Positions 48,685 to 59,027 of a DNA stretch of 64,000 nt are shown here, one piece after another. Position numbers and translations under genes: made by a program. The first letter of the stretch is position 1. Every line of letters starts with the position of its first letter. The DNA is from Synergistales bacterium (GTDB taxonomy: Bacteria > Synergistota > Synergistia > Synergistales > JAFGMB01), in NCBI GenBank assembly GCA_963666205.1, contig OY762654.1:1248001-1312000 (forward strand), in the 5' to 3' direction. The notes under the pieces were generated by a model, which made no database searches, was not told the DNA's origin, and saw nothing but the letters and a program-made list of their open reading frames with translations.

Positions 48685-49962
48685 CTATTTATGACAAAGG
48701 GTATATATGGAGTTGAAAAGGACACGGACACCCTTGTAAAGAACGGACTCATCGAAATCAAAATACTCGTTGTGGTGCCCGGCCTTAAGATCTGAACCCA
48801 GAATAATGTAAGTGGATCTGCCTCCTCTATCCTGGACTCTTTTCATCATACCGACAGCATCATCACTCCATTTTACCCATACATACCTGTCAACTGAATG
48901 GAATAATCCAGATGATCCCGCAGCTTCACAGACCACATCCACCAGGTCTTCATCACTTCTGGTCGAAAAGGATTCACCCATCGTTTCAACATCGCAGGCA
49001 ACTTCATACATCTCGGCTGCTGATCTTACAATCTGGACAGCTCTTGCATATACAAAATCATTTATCTCTTCAGTCTGTCCCCTGACTTCGATCTTCATAA
49101 AGGAATCCGGAGCTATGACATTTCTTCCTTCACCTGCTGTCAATACTCCTACATTGACACGGGAAGCACCACCTCCATGACGGGAAATGGCATGAAGGTT
49201 CAAAGTGGCAGTTGCAGAAGCAAGAAGAGCGTTATGCCCTTCGTTTGGTGCAAGACCGGCATGGGAAGACCTGCCCCGGTAATGAACATCCAGTTTTCTG
49301 GTACAGAGAAAACCCAGGGAACCTCCGAAGATCGTACCGGAGGGAATTCCCATACCCAGATGGATAGCAAGAAAATGATCCGAATCATCGAGAATACCCT
49401 TTTCAATAAGAGCCTTACTGCCTCTCACTCCCTCTTCGGCAGGCTGGAAGATCAACTGTATCTTCCCGGTGAGACTTTCTTTCCTCTCAGCAAGGATTTC
49501 AGCAAGACCCAGTCCCATGGCAGTATGGCCATCATGGCCGCATGCATGCATAACACCAATGTTCTGCGAAGAGAATCCTTCCCTGAAAGGCAGATGTTCA
49601 TAATCACTCGCTTCGGTCGTTTCAACGGCATCAATATCAAAACGGCATGAAATGACCGGTCCTCCTTTGCCTGTATCCAGGATCCCCACAACACCGGTAA
49701 ATCCCTGCATTCTTTCCAGCCATTTTTTCTCGGCTCCCTGATTCAGGGCTCTTTCCATATGTTCGGGAATTATCTCCTTATTTCTACCCATGATGAAGGA
49801 TTCATCTATGATATCCTTACCTGGAAGGACCTTGAAACCGAGGAAATCCAGGATCCCGGCCACCTTCGAAGTTGTCCTGAATTCAGTCCATCCCGCCTCG
49901 GGGAAGGAGTGGAAATCTCTCCTGTAACAGACTATTTTTTTCTGCAGCATTTCCCAATTCAT
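48685..49962 (-). CDS. M20 amidohydrolase, AbgA-like
   Basis: RRDFH.FPE.GWTEFRT, RFDIDA, MHACGHDGH, FQPAEEG.RG and GHHN..FDFDE motifs. Confidence 0.92.
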   Translation of the reverse strand: MNWEMLQKKIVCYRRDFHSFPEAGWTEFRTTSKVAGILDFLGFKVLPGKDIIDESFIMGRNKEIIPEHMERALNQGAEKKWLERMQGFTGVVGILDTGKGGPVISCRFDIDAVETTEASDYEHLPFREGFSSQNIGVMHACGHDGHTAMGLGLAEILAERKESLTGKIQLIFQPAEEGVRGSKALIEKGILDDSDHFLAIHLGMGIPSGTIFGGSLGFLCTRKLDVHYRGRSSHAGLAPNEGHNALLASATATLNLHAISRHGGGASRVNVGVLTAGEGRNVIAPDSFMKIEVRGQTEEINDFVYARAVQIVRSAAEMYEVACDVETMGESFSTRSDEDLVDVVCEAAGSSGLFHSVDRYVWVKWSDDAVGMMKRVQDRGGRSTYIILGSDLKAGHHNEYFDFDESVLYKGVRVLFNSIYTLCHK

Positions 49963-50274
49963 AAGAATACCTCCTGGGATAGACCTGGAATAAGATATTA
50001 TTTCCGAAAAGAGTCCTAGGATTCATATACCCTTGAATGTATAATGATACCATTCACTTGAAAGCCTCTTAAATAACAAGAGAGAATAGCATTATTCTCA
50101 ATCAAATTATGTTGAATGAAACCATAATTACACCTGATACATAAATTCAACACAAACTTGACAAGCTGATCCTCGAAAGCTAAAGTGATTCGAAATATTC
50201 TGCGAATTACTTATTTTATTAAAAGTTCTTTGTATTTCCAACAAACAATTAAACTATGAAAAGGAGGACAAAAA

Positions 50275-51273
50275 GTGAAGAAAAATACTCTGGCAATAGT
50301 ATTGACAGGTTTATTTATTTTTTCCGCAGTTCTGCTGTCAGGTTCACCTGCAAGGGCAGAAGAACCCCTGGGTATCGAAAACCTCAAGCTTTCCGCGGGC
50401 AGTGTTGGAGGCAGCTGGTATCCCCTTGCAGGCGCCATGGCTGACCTGCTCAACAAGACCTTTGAAGGTGATCCTGCAACCGGAATTCCTGGAGGCTCCG
50501 TAGCAAATCCCGGCATAATCGCCAAGGGACAGGCAGAAATAGGTTTCTCCTATTCTTCTTATCTTGCTGCAGCAGCAGAAGGGATGGATCCCTACAAATC
50601 AAAGATCACCAATCTCAAGGGTATTATGAAGATACTTCCCATGTATGTTCAGATCCTTGTTGAAAAGGAGCAACCCTTCAATACTCTCGATGAATTCTTC
50701 GAGATGAAACCGGCTATTAAACTTTGCCCTCTCAAGCCTGGTGTCGGAGATTTCTGGGTTGCACAGAAGATCTTTGAATTCTACGGCTACAAACTTGAGG
50801 ATGTGAAAAAATGGGGCGGAAGCATGCAGTTCGTAGGCTCCAGTGAAGCTGTAAACCTCTGGAGAGACCGTCACATCAATATGTACACAAGGCAGGGAGG
50901 TTCCCCCACTTCTGATATATACGAAATGATGATTTCAGTTCCGGCCAAGATCCTTCCAATAACCGGTGAACTCAAACAGACCCTGATAGACAGATTCGGG
51001 ATGTCCCCCCAGGTCATTCCGGCAGGAACCTATCCTGAGCTCAATGAAGATGTGGAAACAGTGGGTATGTCTGCGGTTCTCTTCTGTACGGAAGACCTGC
51101 CGGAAGATGTGGTTTATAAATTCACCAAAACCATGCTTCAGAACATGGATCATCTTGCCAGTGTCTACAAGGTCCTTGGTACCCTTGATCCTTCTACTCT
51201 CTGGAAAAACCTTGGAGCAGAACAGCATCCCGGAGCAAGAAAGGCCTTCGAGGAACTTGGCTATCTCAAGTAG
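50275..51273 (+). CDS. TAXI-family TRAP substrate-binding protein
   Basis: AGS.GGSWY, GGS..N, IPAGTY and HPGA motifs, with a signal peptide. Confidence 0.92.
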   Translation: MKKNTLAIVLTGLFIFSAVLLSGSPARAEEPLGIENLKLSAGSVGGSWYPLAGAMADLLNKTFEGDPATGIPGGSVANPGIIAKGQAEIGFSYSSYLAAAAEGMDPYKSKITNLKGIMKILPMYVQILVEKEQPFNTLDEFFEMKPAIKLCPLKPGVGDFWVAQKIFEFYGYKLEDVKKWGGSMQFVGSSEAVNLWRDRHINMYTRQGGSPTSDIYEMMISVPAKILPITGELKQTLIDRFGMSPQVIPAGTYPELNEDVETVGMSAVLFCTEDLPEDVVYKFTKTMLQNMDHLASVYKVLGTLDPSTLWKNLGAEQHPGARKAFEELGYLK

Positions 51274-51301
51274 GATCCTTTTATTCAACATTCTGCAAAA
51301 T

Positions 51302-51333
51302 GAAGGGACAGGAAATTTCTCCTGTCCCTTTTT
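51302..51333 (+). terminator. Intercistronic hairpin/terminator after the TAXI SBP gene
   Basis: AAGGGACAGGA...TCCTGTCCCTTTTT. Confidence 0.7.
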
Positions 51334-51364
51334 GTAATTACCACGGGAAAAGGAGTTTTCCGAC

Positions 51365-53314
51365 ATGACAAGCAATATCAGAAAAGAACAGCCCCCCATT
51401 CTGGAAACTAATATCCGTTCTCTTAAAGGAAAAACAGGATATCTGATAACAGGACTCCTGGTGACCATGTCCCTGGTCCACCTTTATCAGATAGGTTTCG
51501 GAGTTTTTGAAGCTACCCTGGAACGATCCTTACACCTATGTTTTGCAATCCCCCTGGTCTTCCTTGGCTCATCATACGCAAAAAACAGATCACTCAAAAA
51601 AATACCCTGGTATGACTGGACCCTTGCCCTACTTGGAGTCGCAGCGTTTGCCTGGGTTATGTTCAACCATGGAAGATTTATGTGGAGAATGCCCTATCTG
51701 GATGAACCTCTGCTGCTCGACCTGATCTTTGGTGTTTCCGCTGTCATCCTTGTGCTGGAAGCAACGAGAAGGACCGTCGGACTGGCCCTTACCCTGGTTA
51801 CCCTAACCTTTATCCTTTACAGTTTTCTGGGAAACTATCTGCCTGGAATTCTTGGCCATGAAGGAGTACCTCTTCCTCTCTTCATTGACCATATCTACCT
51901 GACCACTGAAGGTCTTTTCAGCAAGATTATCGGCGTCATTTCCATATATACATTTATTTTCATATGCTTCGGCGCTTTCATGGAAATATCCGGCGTAGGC
52001 AACTTCTATATAGCTTTCTCGAATTCAATTATGGGGAAATACAGCGGGGGAGTCGCCAAGACTGCTGTTTTCAGCAGTGCCCTTATGGGCTCCATTTCCG
52101 GAAGCAGCGTAGCGAATACGGCCACGACCGGGGCCTTTACCATCCCCTTGATGAAAAAAACAGGCTTTAGCGCTGAAGAAGCAGGTGCAGTAGAGGTAGC
52201 CGCTTCGACAGGGGGACAGATACTGCCTCCCATCATGGGTGCCGGAGCTTTCATAATGGCAGAATTCACGGCTACACCATATATCCAGATCGTGGCCGTA
52301 TCAATACTTCCAGCCCTTATCTATTACATCTCTGTTTTTACAGCAGTTCATATTATGGCAAGAAAAAATGGCCTGCGTGGACTCCCTGAAGAGGATAGAC
52401 CCCAACTGATCCCCACCCTTAAAGAGGGATTTCATCTGCTCCTGCCGCTGGTAGTTCTAATATACCTTCTGGTTGAAGGGTTCACACCATACTATGCAGG
52501 TTTCCTGTGCATAATCTTTCTGCTTATAGTCACAGCATTCAGGAGCGCCACCCGTTTTAATATTCCCATGATACTGAAGAGCCTGGAACTGGCCAGCGCA
52601 AGGATAATACGTATATCTCCCGCCGCTGCGTGTGCAGGAATAATCCTCGGAGTCTCCACACAGACAGGAGTAGCCCTGAAGATCTCCTCCATCATACTTT
52701 CAGCATCAGGAGGACATCTGTTACTGGCCATCATTCTCGTAGGCGTAATATCCTATCTCCTCGGGATGGGACTCCCGGCCACAAGCGCCTACATAATCGC
52801 AGCCATTCTGGCATCTCCCGCCCTTGTCAAACTTGGTGTTCCCATGCTGGCGGCCCATCTCATCGTTTTCTGGTTTGCCCAGACTTCAGGCTTTACTCCT
52901 CCCGTGTGCCTCTGTGCCTATACAGCAGCGGCCATAAGCGGCGGAGATCCCATGAAAACAGGAATTAAATCAACCAAACTGGCCCTGGGAATACTGGTTA
53001 TACCCTTCCTGTTCGCCTATTCTCCGATCATCTTTACTGAACATAGTGTCAGTCCCATGACTATTGCAACAGTCTTTGTAACAGCTACTGCCGGAATGAT
53101 CGCAATTAACATTGCCATTGAAGGATTCCTGCACAACAATGCCGTCGCTTCATGGGAAAGGTCAGCCCTCATACTGGCCGGGATAATGCTCTACCTTCCT
53201 GAGCAGATAAGCAACCTCATCGGTGGATTGATCCTCGGTGCCTTCCTGGCAAAGAGATTCTCCAGAAGGAACAATAAAGGAGGAGGATCCAAAAATGTAC
53301 AGCATTCTTCTTAA
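51365..53314 (+). CDS. TRAP 4TM/12TM fused permease
   Basis: EATRR..G, SGSSVAN..TTG.FTIP.MK..G, ASTGGQ..PP.MGAGAF.MAE, LGMGLP and TPPV motifs. Confidence 0.94.
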   Translation: MTSNIRKEQPPILETNIRSLKGKTGYLITGLLVTMSLVHLYQIGFGVFEATLERSLHLCFAIPLVFLGSSYAKNRSLKKIPWYDWTLALLGVAAFAWVMFNHGRFMWRMPYLDEPLLLDLIFGVSAVILVLEATRRTVGLALTLVTLTFILYSFLGNYLPGILGHEGVPLPLFIDHIYLTTEGLFSKIIGVISIYTFIFICFGAFMEISGVGNFYIAFSNSIMGKYSGGVAKTAVFSSALMGSISGSSVANTATTGAFTIPLMKKTGFSAEEAGAVEVAASTGGQILPPIMGAGAFIMAEFTATPYIQIVAVSILPALIYYISVFTAVHIMARKNGLRGLPEEDRPQLIPTLKEGFHLLLPLVVLIYLLVEGFTPYYAGFLCIIFLLIVTAFRSATRFNIPMILKSLELASARIIRISPAAACAGIILGVSTQTGVALKISSIILSASGGHLLLAIILVGVISYLLGMGLPATSAYIIAAILASPALVKLGVPMLAAHLIVFWFAQTSGFTPPVCLCAYTAAAISGGDPMKTGIKSTKLALGILVIPFLFAYSPIIFTEHSVSPMTIATVFVTATAGMIAINIAIEGFLHNNAVASWERSALILAGIMLYLPEQISNLIGGLILGAFLAKRFSRRNNKGGGSKNVQHSS

Positions 53315-54698
53315 AAATGGCATTATGGTAGATCCCTTTTCGGGAACAAAACAGAAAATGGATGTTGCTATCGAAGGAAACAGGATCGCTGCACTGGGAG
53401 ATGACATTGATCCCGGGAGCTCCAGGATAACTCTTGAAATGGACGACAAGATCATAGCTCCAGGGATCATAGATCCTCATGTACACCTTACCAGGAGACT
53501 TGGAGGACATGAAGGTTTCTACATGTTGGCACAAGCCGGCATAACTACAGCCGTAGATTTTGCAGGACCTGTATCCGAGATAAGAGACTGTTTTCAGGCA
53601 GAAGCCTGCGGTTTGAATATAGCTTCCCTGGAAGCCATAATACCCGGAGACAATCTTTCCGGCAGCGACCCTTCAGTTTCAGAACTGGAGGAAGTGATCC
53701 AAAGATCTCTACATGATGGCGGACTGGGGATCAAGATCATGGGAGGACATTACCCCCTTACCCCGGAAGCAACGATAAGCGCCATAGATGTGGCCAATAA
53801 AAATTCGGCTTATATAGCTTTCCATGCCGGTACCACAACGAAAGGCAGCGATCTGGAGGGGGCACTTCAGGCTCTGGACCTGATAGGTAATAATTCAGCC
53901 CACCTTGCTCATATAAACAGTTACTGCAGGGGGGCGATAAAGACTCCCCTTGAAGAAGTCCTGGAACTTCATGAAAAGCTGAAGATAAAGAGGAATATAG
54001 TCAGCGGCTCCTACCTGGCCATGGTCAACGGGACCAGTGGCAAGTGCGTAGATGGCAGACCCGAAAGCAATGTAACCCGGAGATGTCTCAGGATGGGCGG
54101 ATATGAACAGACAGCCCGGGGATTGGAGAAGGCCATCCTTGATGGATTTCCAGGAGTCAGCATCAGAAGGGGCAGGGCTAACATCCTCCTGTACGGAGAG
54201 GAAGCCAGGAATATCTGGTTGAAAAATGATAATCTACCCTTGAGCTTTCCCGTCAATTCTCCAGAAGCAATACTGCTCTGCGCCATATCAAAAAAGGAAG
54301 ACGGAAGTTTTATAGTCCCTTCCTTCGTCTCGGACGGAGGAGCCATAGCCCGGAATTGCATTATAGAAAAGGGGCTGACCCTCGTTAAAATGAAATATCT
54401 GAAACTGGAGGATTTTATACTTAAGACATCCGTTAATCCCGCCCGCATGTTCGGTTTTACCACCAAGGGTTTCTTAAAGGAAGGTATGGATGCCGACATA
54501 TCTGTCCTGGATCTGGATGCATGTAAAGCCACAATGAGTATCGCAGGCGGTCAGATGATCATGGTGGAAGGCAGAGTTATCGGTTCCGGAGGAACTCTTC
54601 TGACTACAGCAAAAGTATCAGATACACACAGGCAAAAAACGAATTTCAGAAAGATAGATATGACAAAAAGCTCTCTTTACAGCGATAAAACAGCTTGA
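53295..54698 (+). CDS. Metal-dependent amidohydrolase (dihydroorotase-like fold)
   Basis: PG.IDPHVH, GITT..D, SDGG, NPARMFG and G.DAD motifs. ATG at 53295 after AGGAGG. Confidence 0.88.
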   Translation: MYSILLKNGIMVDPFSGTKQKMDVAIEGNRIAALGDDIDPGSSRITLEMDDKIIAPGIIDPHVHLTRRLGGHEGFYMLAQAGITTAVDFAGPVSEIRDCFQAEACGLNIASLEAIIPGDNLSGSDPSVSELEEVIQRSLHDGGLGIKIMGGHYPLTPEATISAIDVANKNSAYIAFHAGTTTKGSDLEGALQALDLIGNNSAHLAHINSYCRGAIKTPLEEVLELHEKLKIKRNIVSGSYLAMVNGTSGKCVDGRPESNVTRRCLRMGGYEQTARGLEKAILDGFPGVSIRRGRANILLYGEEARNIWLKNDNLPLSFPVNSPEAILLCAISKKEDGSFIVPSFVSDGGAIARNCIIEKGLTLVKMKYLKLEDFILKTSVNPARMFGFTTKGFLKEGMDADISVLDLDACKATMSIAGGQMIMVEGRVIGSGGTLLTTAKVSDTHRQKTNFRKIDMTKSSLYSDKTA

Positions 54699-54778
54699 AC
54701 TTCATGCCCCTTATCGCAGAATAATCATTCAGAAGCAGGAAGAGGTACTTAAAGTATCCTCTTCCTGACCCTTTTAAA

Positions 54779-55075
54779 TTAAAACAACTCATCACCGCTT
54801 CTGTTATCAAGACCGGGATGTCCATCGAAACGAACGACCCCGACTTTCGCCTTCCCCTCCACTGCAGCTGCCACCCTTGCCGTACCCACATGCCCGAAAC
54901 CTCCGCAGAGCTCTATGGCTTCAACCCCTTCTTCCACCAGCTGTCTGGCTACATTAACCGCCTCGGCATAATTATTAACGGCCACACTGGTCAGTTCGAC
55001 TTTGGGGGTTATTACAGTGCCCCTGTCCTTTGAGGGATCTACATCGGGTGCTACGAAAATAAAGGCTGCTTTCAT
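54779..55075 (-). CDS. DUF6506-like small protein
   Basis: AFIF..P and G...IELCGGFG motifs. GGAGGAG RBS. Confidence 0.75.
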   Translation of the reverse strand: MKAAFIFVAPDVDPSKDRGTVITPKVELTSVAVNNYAEAVNVARQLVEEGVEAIELCGGFGHVGTARVAAAVEGKAKVGVVRFDGHPGLDNRSGDELF

Positions 55076-55290
55076 CTGATCTTCTCCTCCCATTAAAGAA
55101 TCAATTGTTTTTTGATGATCTGAATGTTCAAAGAATTTCCAACTTGCATTATCATACTATCAGTCTCAGGAATAAAAACTCGCATATCCAGAGAATTACG
55201 GGATTAAAAACCGGAAAAAGATAATATAATGCTATGGACAGATAGATCTGTGTGTAATTAACGGTATTTTATCAAAACCATGGAGGTAAT

Positions 55291-57219
55291 ATGATGGAAT
55301 CATTCTTGCACAAAGCTCTGGTTACACTCGTCTTGTCAGGACTTCTGGTCCTTTTGATAATACTAGCAGCGGAAACTCCTATTCGGGCCGGGGAACTTCC
55401 TCCCCGGATCCCGATGGAGGATTTTTTCAGAAAACCGGATATGACCGGTTTTCAGATCTCCCCCGACGGAAGACACTACTCATTCCTGAAACCATGGAAA
55501 GATCGTCTCAATGTTTACGTTAAAAAGATCGGTTCCGATGAGGAAGCTGTCCGGATAACATCGTCCGAAGCAAGGGATATTTACTCCTACGGGTGGCTTA
55601 ATGACAGCAGGCTTGTTTATTTTCAGGATAAGGGAGGAGACGAGAACTCCCATGCCTATGCTGTAGACATTGACAGCACCAATTTCAAGGATCTTACACC
55701 CTTCGAAGGGGTAAAGGCCATGCTGGAGGATGTCCTTGAGGATGACCCTGATCACATCCTTCTTACCATGAACAGAAGAGATCCAAAGGTATTCGACGTT
55801 TACAGGGCCAATGTAAATACCGGGGAAATGGATATGATAGCGGAAAATCCAGGAAACATTGCCGGCTGGGGAACTGACCACGACGGGAAACTCAGGCTTG
55901 CCGTTACTGTGGATGGTCTTAAGGAGACCCTTCTTTATCGTAAAACGGAGGCAGATAAATTTGAACCCCTTATCACGACAGACTTCACAGATAGCGTCTC
56001 CCCTGCTCTTTTTACGGCAGACAATAAAAAGCTCTACGTCCTTTCCAACCTGGGCAGGGATAAACTTGCCCTGTACCTGTATGACCCTGAAAAGAGAAGT
56101 TTTCTCGACCTGATCTATGAAAATGACGAGGTCGACCTGGGTGGAGTAATATGGTCAAGGGAAAGAAAAAAACTCCTTGGAATAACCTACTACACGGACA
56201 AACTTCATAGACATTTCTTCGACAGGGAAACTGAAGACTTCTTCAACATGCTCAAGGCAGAGTTCCCCGATTATTCCGTGGGTATAAGCAGTATGAGCAG
56301 GGATGAAACGAAAATGATAGTCTATATGGCCAGTGACCGGATGCCGGGAAGACTGTATTTCTACGATAAAAATAGACCCGGAGAATTCACTCTGCTTACT
56401 GACCTTTATCCCTGGCTCAAGGAAGAATGGCTGGCAGAACGCCGTCCCGTAACCTACAAAACACGGGATGGATTGACCATACACGGCTATCTGACACTGC
56501 CTGAGGGCAGGGACCCCGAAAAACTCCCAGTAATAGTCAATCCTCATGGAGGCCCTGAAGCCAGGGACAGGTGGGGATACGATGCAGAGGCCCAGTTCCT
56601 TGCGAACAGGGGGATCGCTGTCTTCAACATGAATTACAGGGTTTCCACCGGTTATGGAAAGGAATTCTGGATGGCCGGATTTAAAGAATGGGGACAGAAA
56701 CAGCAGGATGACATTACTGACGGAGTTAAATGGCTTATCAGTGAAGGAATAGCAGACCCCGAAAGAATAGCTATCTACGGAGCCTCCTACGGCGGCTATG
56801 CTACTCTTATGGGACTCATCAAAACGCCTGAACTTTACGCATGCGGGATAGACTATGTAGGCGTGACGGATCTTTTCACACTCTTTGAATCCATCCCTCC
56901 CTACTGGGAAATACTCAAGGAACGCATGTACCACACCATCGGACACCCCGAAAAAGACAGAGATATGTTCAGGGAAAATTCCCCTGTCTTCCATGCAGAC
57001 AAGATAAAGGTGCCCCTCTTCATTGCCCAGGGAGCCAACGATCCCAGGGTCGTAAAAAAAGAATCGGACATGATGGTGGAAGCCATGCGAAAAAGGGGAA
57101 TAGAGGTTCAGTACATGGTTAAGGATAACGAAGGACACGGGTTCAGGAATCAGGAGAACCAGTTCGATTTTTACCGTACCATGGAAGAATTTTTGACCGA
57201 ACACCTTAAACTGCAGTAG
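55291..57219 (+). CDS. Exported S9 family serine peptidase
   Basis: ISPDG, HGGP, GASYGG (nucleophile), GANDPRV and EGHGF triad motifs. Confidence 0.95.
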   Translation: MMESFLHKALVTLVLSGLLVLLIILAAETPIRAGELPPRIPMEDFFRKPDMTGFQISPDGRHYSFLKPWKDRLNVYVKKIGSDEEAVRITSSEARDIYSYGWLNDSRLVYFQDKGGDENSHAYAVDIDSTNFKDLTPFEGVKAMLEDVLEDDPDHILLTMNRRDPKVFDVYRANVNTGEMDMIAENPGNIAGWGTDHDGKLRLAVTVDGLKETLLYRKTEADKFEPLITTDFTDSVSPALFTADNKKLYVLSNLGRDKLALYLYDPEKRSFLDLIYENDEVDLGGVIWSRERKKLLGITYYTDKLHRHFFDRETEDFFNMLKAEFPDYSVGISSMSRDETKMIVYMASDRMPGRLYFYDKNRPGEFTLLTDLYPWLKEEWLAERRPVTYKTRDGLTIHGYLTLPEGRDPEKLPVIVNPHGGPEARDRWGYDAEAQFLANRGIAVFNMNYRVSTGYGKEFWMAGFKEWGQKQQDDITDGVKWLISEGIADPERIAIYGASYGGYATLMGLIKTPELYACGIDYVGVTDLFTLFESIPPYWEILKERMYHTIGHPEKDRDMFRENSPVFHADKIKVPLFIAQGANDPRVVKKESDMMVEAMRKRGIEVQYMVKDNEGHGFRNQENQFDFYRTMEEFLTEHLKLQ

Positions 57220-57232
57220 ATCAGAACCTTTC

Positions 57233-57262
57233 AGGGCCGGGTCTTCCCGGCCCTTTTCTTTT
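57233..57262 (+). terminator. Intrinsic terminator
   Basis: AGGGCCGGG-TCTT-CCCGGCCCT followed by TTTCTTTT. Confidence 0.85.
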
Positions 57263-57431
57263 CCTGCCATCATGTGTATGTGAAAATCCTGCTGCTGAAT
57301 TTCAACTCAGACAAACTTTACGGTACAATAGTAAAGTAACGTTACTGTGATTATTTTTATAGAAGAAATAAGGATCTTCTATTCTGCATCCAGGAGCGCT
57401 TAACTGCCTGATCCGAAACGGGGGGATAGCG

Positions 57432-59027
57432 ATGAGAAGGAAAAAAGAATTATTCAATATCAGAAGAAAGGATTTCGATGCATTGCTTTTTGATCTGGAC
57501 GGAGTTATCACTAAAACCGCCCGGGTACACTCAATGTCATGGAAACAGCTTTTCGACGAATATATCAGGGATACGGATAGAATTCCTGAAAAAGATAAAA
57601 AACCCTTCGACCCTGAATACGACTATCACACCTTCGTAGACGGGAAACCGCGCTATGAAGGTGTAAAGAGTTTCCTTGAATCACGGGGCATATCCCTTCC
57701 CTTCGGGAAACCGGAGGACTCTCCGGAAGAGGAAACCGTCTGCGGCCTGGGAAACAGGAAAAACAGGTATTTTCAGGAGTATCTGAAACATGAGAACGTG
57801 GAAGTCCTTCATGGTTCCCGGGAATTTCTGGAACTTGTCAAAGACAAGGGATTCAGGACAGCGGTTGTAACTTCGAGCAGGAACTGCTCTATAGTACTGG
57901 AATCCGCCGGTCTTTCAGATATTTTCGATATACAGGTTGATGGACTCACTGCGGCCAGCCTGAATCTTAAGGGAAAACCCGAAGCCGACACTTTTCTTGA
58001 AGCTGCCAGAAATCTTCATGTCAATCCTGAAAGGGCAATTGTATTCGAGGATGCCCTTGCCGGTGTCCAGGCAGGCAGGGCGGGACATTTCGGCTATGTT
58101 ATAGGTGTGGACAGGGCTAACCAGGGAAAAGCACTGAAGGAAAAAGGAGCTGATCTTGTGGTTAAAGATCTGACAGTATTGTCAGTAGAGGGGCAAATGC
58201 CTGTCACAACCATGCCTATGGGAAATATTCCTTCAGCCATGAAAATACTGAAACATCTTGAAGAAGAGCTACTGGAATCAGATCCTTTCATAGCCCTGGA
58301 TTACGACGGAACTCTGACTCCAATCGTAGAAAGACCGGAACTTGCGGTCCTCTCCCCTGAAATGAGATCAACCCTTAAAAAGCTTGCCGAAAGATTTCCA
58401 GTGGCCATCATAAGCGGCCGGGACCTTAAAGATATAAAAGAGTTTATCAGGCTCGATAACCTCATCTATGCGGGAAGTCACGGTTTTGATATTTCCAGTC
58501 CTCCCCGAATAAACCTGGCCTTCCAGATGGGAAGGGAATTTATTCCCATACTGGACAGGATCCAGAGATTCCTTGAACAACAGGTCAGGAATATAGACGG
58601 TGTCATCCTTGAAAGAAAAAAGTTTTCCCTGGCTGTTCATTACCGCATGGTTGCGGAAGACCAGGTCAACGAGGTTGAACTTCTGGTGGATATGGCTCTT
58701 ATAAAAGAACCGAAACTCAAGAAGGGCCTGGGAAAGAAAGTCTTTGAACTTAAACCCGATCTGGACTGGGACAAGGGACAAGCCCTGTTGTGGCTTATAG
58801 AGGGTCTGGGAATGGATATGGATGAAACATTACCCCTCTATATTGGAGATGACATCACCGATGAAGATGCCTTCAGGACCCTCCAGAACATGGGTATGGG
58901 AATAGTTGTAAGAGAAGGAGAAAGGGAACGCAGATCCATGGCGGAATACAGCCTGGAGAATACCATGGAAGTCAGGATTTTTCTGGAAGAATTAGCCGGA
59001 ATTCCCTCGAAAGGAGAAAAACCATGA
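57432..59027 (+). CDS. otsB: Fusion of a beta-phosphoglucomutase-like HAD domain and trehalose-6-phosphate phosphatase
   Basis: First HAD domain: FDLDGV, DGKPR, GKP, EDA. Second domain: LDYDGTLTPI, SGR, YAGSHG, HYR, WDKG, GDD.TDEDAF. Confidence 0.9.
   Translation: MRRKKELFNIRRKDFDALLFDLDGVITKTARVHSMSWKQLFDEYIRDTDRIPEKDKKPFDPEYDYHTFVDGKPRYEGVKSFLESRGISLPFGKPEDSPEEETVCGLGNRKNRYFQEYLKHENVEVLHGSREFLELVKDKGFRTAVVTSSRNCSIVLESAGLSDIFDIQVDGLTAASLNLKGKPEADTFLEAARNLHVNPERAIVFEDALAGVQAGRAGHFGYVIGVDRANQGKALKEKGADLVVKDLTVLSVEGQMPVTTMPMGNIPSAMKILKHLEEELLESDPFIALDYDGTLTPIVERPELAVLSPEMRSTLKKLAERFPVAIISGRDLKDIKEFIRLDNLIYAGSHGFDISSPPRINLAFQMGREFIPILDRIQRFLEQQVRNIDGVILERKKFSLAVHYRMVAEDQVNEVELLVDMALIKEPKLKKGLGKKVFELKPDLDWDKGQALLWLIEGLGMDMDETLPLYIGDDITDEDAFRTLQNMGMGIVVREGERERRSMAEYSLENTMEVRIFLEELAGIPSKGEKP

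Noticed and set aside
56155-57273. 372-aa antisense ORF
   Set aside because: Shadow of the well-supported S9 peptidase.
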